A stretch of DNA of 64,000 nt, taken from NCBI RefSeq assembly GCF_009914755.1, contig NC_060930.1; one strand, given 5' to 3'. The translations under genes and the position numbers were made by a program. Each line of letters opens with the position of its first letter. Position 1 is the stretch's first letter. The notes beneath the pieces are model-generated. The model was not told where the DNA came from, searched no databases, and saw nothing but the letters and a program-made list of their open reading frames with translations. Below are positions 41,825 through 64,000 of the stretch, piece by piece. Origin of the DNA: the human T2T-CHM13v2.0 reference genome, Homo sapiens.

Positions 41825-42324
41825 TCAAAAAAGTTAGGTAACTTGTCCAAGGTCATGCAGCCCTAGAATAATAAGGGAAAACAGTGTGTCCCAAAATGGC
41901 ATTATTTGTCCGTGGGGCAGGTATGTTTGAATTTCCATCCATCCATCTATCTATCTGAGACTGGGGTCTCGCTATGCTGCTTGGACTGTTCTCGAACTCC
42001 TGGGCTCAGGCCATCCTCCTGGGATCTACCGGCGCGCAGAGACTACGGGCGCGCAGGGACTACCGAGGCGCGCAACCGTGCCCGGCTCCCCACCTCTTCA
42101 AGAAATGGAGATTGCAATGCTTGTGCCAACTAGTAAGCTTACACAGTTGTGAGCGAATACTCCACGTGAGAGGTTATAAATGACGTTGCACTAAGGGAGG
42201 GATGGATCCTTAACGCAAGTCAGGCCACAAAAGCGTACCAAAACGCAACTGTGCGTCTGCACCAGCGCGCCTGCGTGCAAAGGCCAGCCGAAGCAGAGAG
42301 CAGTGCACATGCGTGCAGCTACCA

Positions 42325-42540
42325 GCATATGGGCGTGGCGAATAGCGCCGGCTAGGTCTTCCAACCTCTAGGTGGGGTGCCAGCCGGGGCGGGCCCAGCA
42401 CCCCGGCCGGGCAGTACTTTTTTTTTTTTTGCATACACCAGTTCTCAGGATATCGGAATCCGGTGCACAGCAGCTTCTTCAGGTTTGAGGTTCCGGATGC
42501 CTGGGGGCGGAGAAACGGGAGGGGAAAAACAGATGGCAAG
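42325..42540 (+). other. ABCC10: ABCC10 exon 1 (5'UTR; start coordinate approximate, TSS cannot be fixed from sequence)
   Basis: Donor GCAAG|GTGGGT at 42540/42541, then a 210-nt intron ending TTCCCTTCAG at 42750. Confidence 0.75.
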
Positions 42541-42761
42541 GTGGGTGACCAGCGTCCAGAAATCCACTGGGGAAACCTCCTCCCGTTTTTACCCTTGGTA
42601 CCGCGAGAATGGGCGGGGTCTGGCTTCGGGGCGGAAGCGACGGGCGGTCCCGGTTCCAGGGCGGGGCTGGAGACAGGGAGACCCGGCTGGGAAGTGCAGG
42701 CAAAGCCGGCTGTTACCCTGCACAGCCGTCACCCTCAACTTTCCCTTCAGGTGAGGCGTCC

Positions 42762-63971
<21,210 letters not shown>

Positions 63972-64000
63972 GTAAGGTGAGAGAAAGAGACATTAGAGAG

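Overview
Primate (almost certainly human) genomic DNA, very rich in Alu elements. The right third (~42.3-64.0 kb, + strand) holds the CpG-island promoter and exons 1-20 of ABCC10 (MRP7, ABC transporter subfamily C; human 6p21.1 from prior knowledge). The 19 coding exons splice with GT-AG junctions into one open frame of 1401 codons; the last exons lie beyond the window. The left ~42 kb is intergenic and mostly transposon-derived: a 9.6-kb defective HERV-I-group provirus (tRNA-Ile PBS) with a nested solo LTR2 and seven Alus, solo LTRs (MER21, MER52, THE1, MLT1), L1/L2/MIR pieces, a Tigger1 broken up by Alus and an SVA, and a 5S rRNA pseudogene. I see no new protein-coding system. The best second-look items are (i) apparently captured host DNA, including an older MER102-like transposon, replacing pro/RT in the provirus; (ii) an ABCC10 5' arrangement where exon 2 starts with a regenerated splice donor and an exon-1 uORF becomes in-frame if exon 2 is skipped; (iii) a ~24-nt tailless tRNA-Ile 5' fragment retrocopy with a 19-bp TSD in intron 2; (iv) a ~530-bp inverted duplication including unique sequence in intron 8. 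Repeat family names come from recalled consensus sequences, not from a search, and repeat boundaries are approximate.
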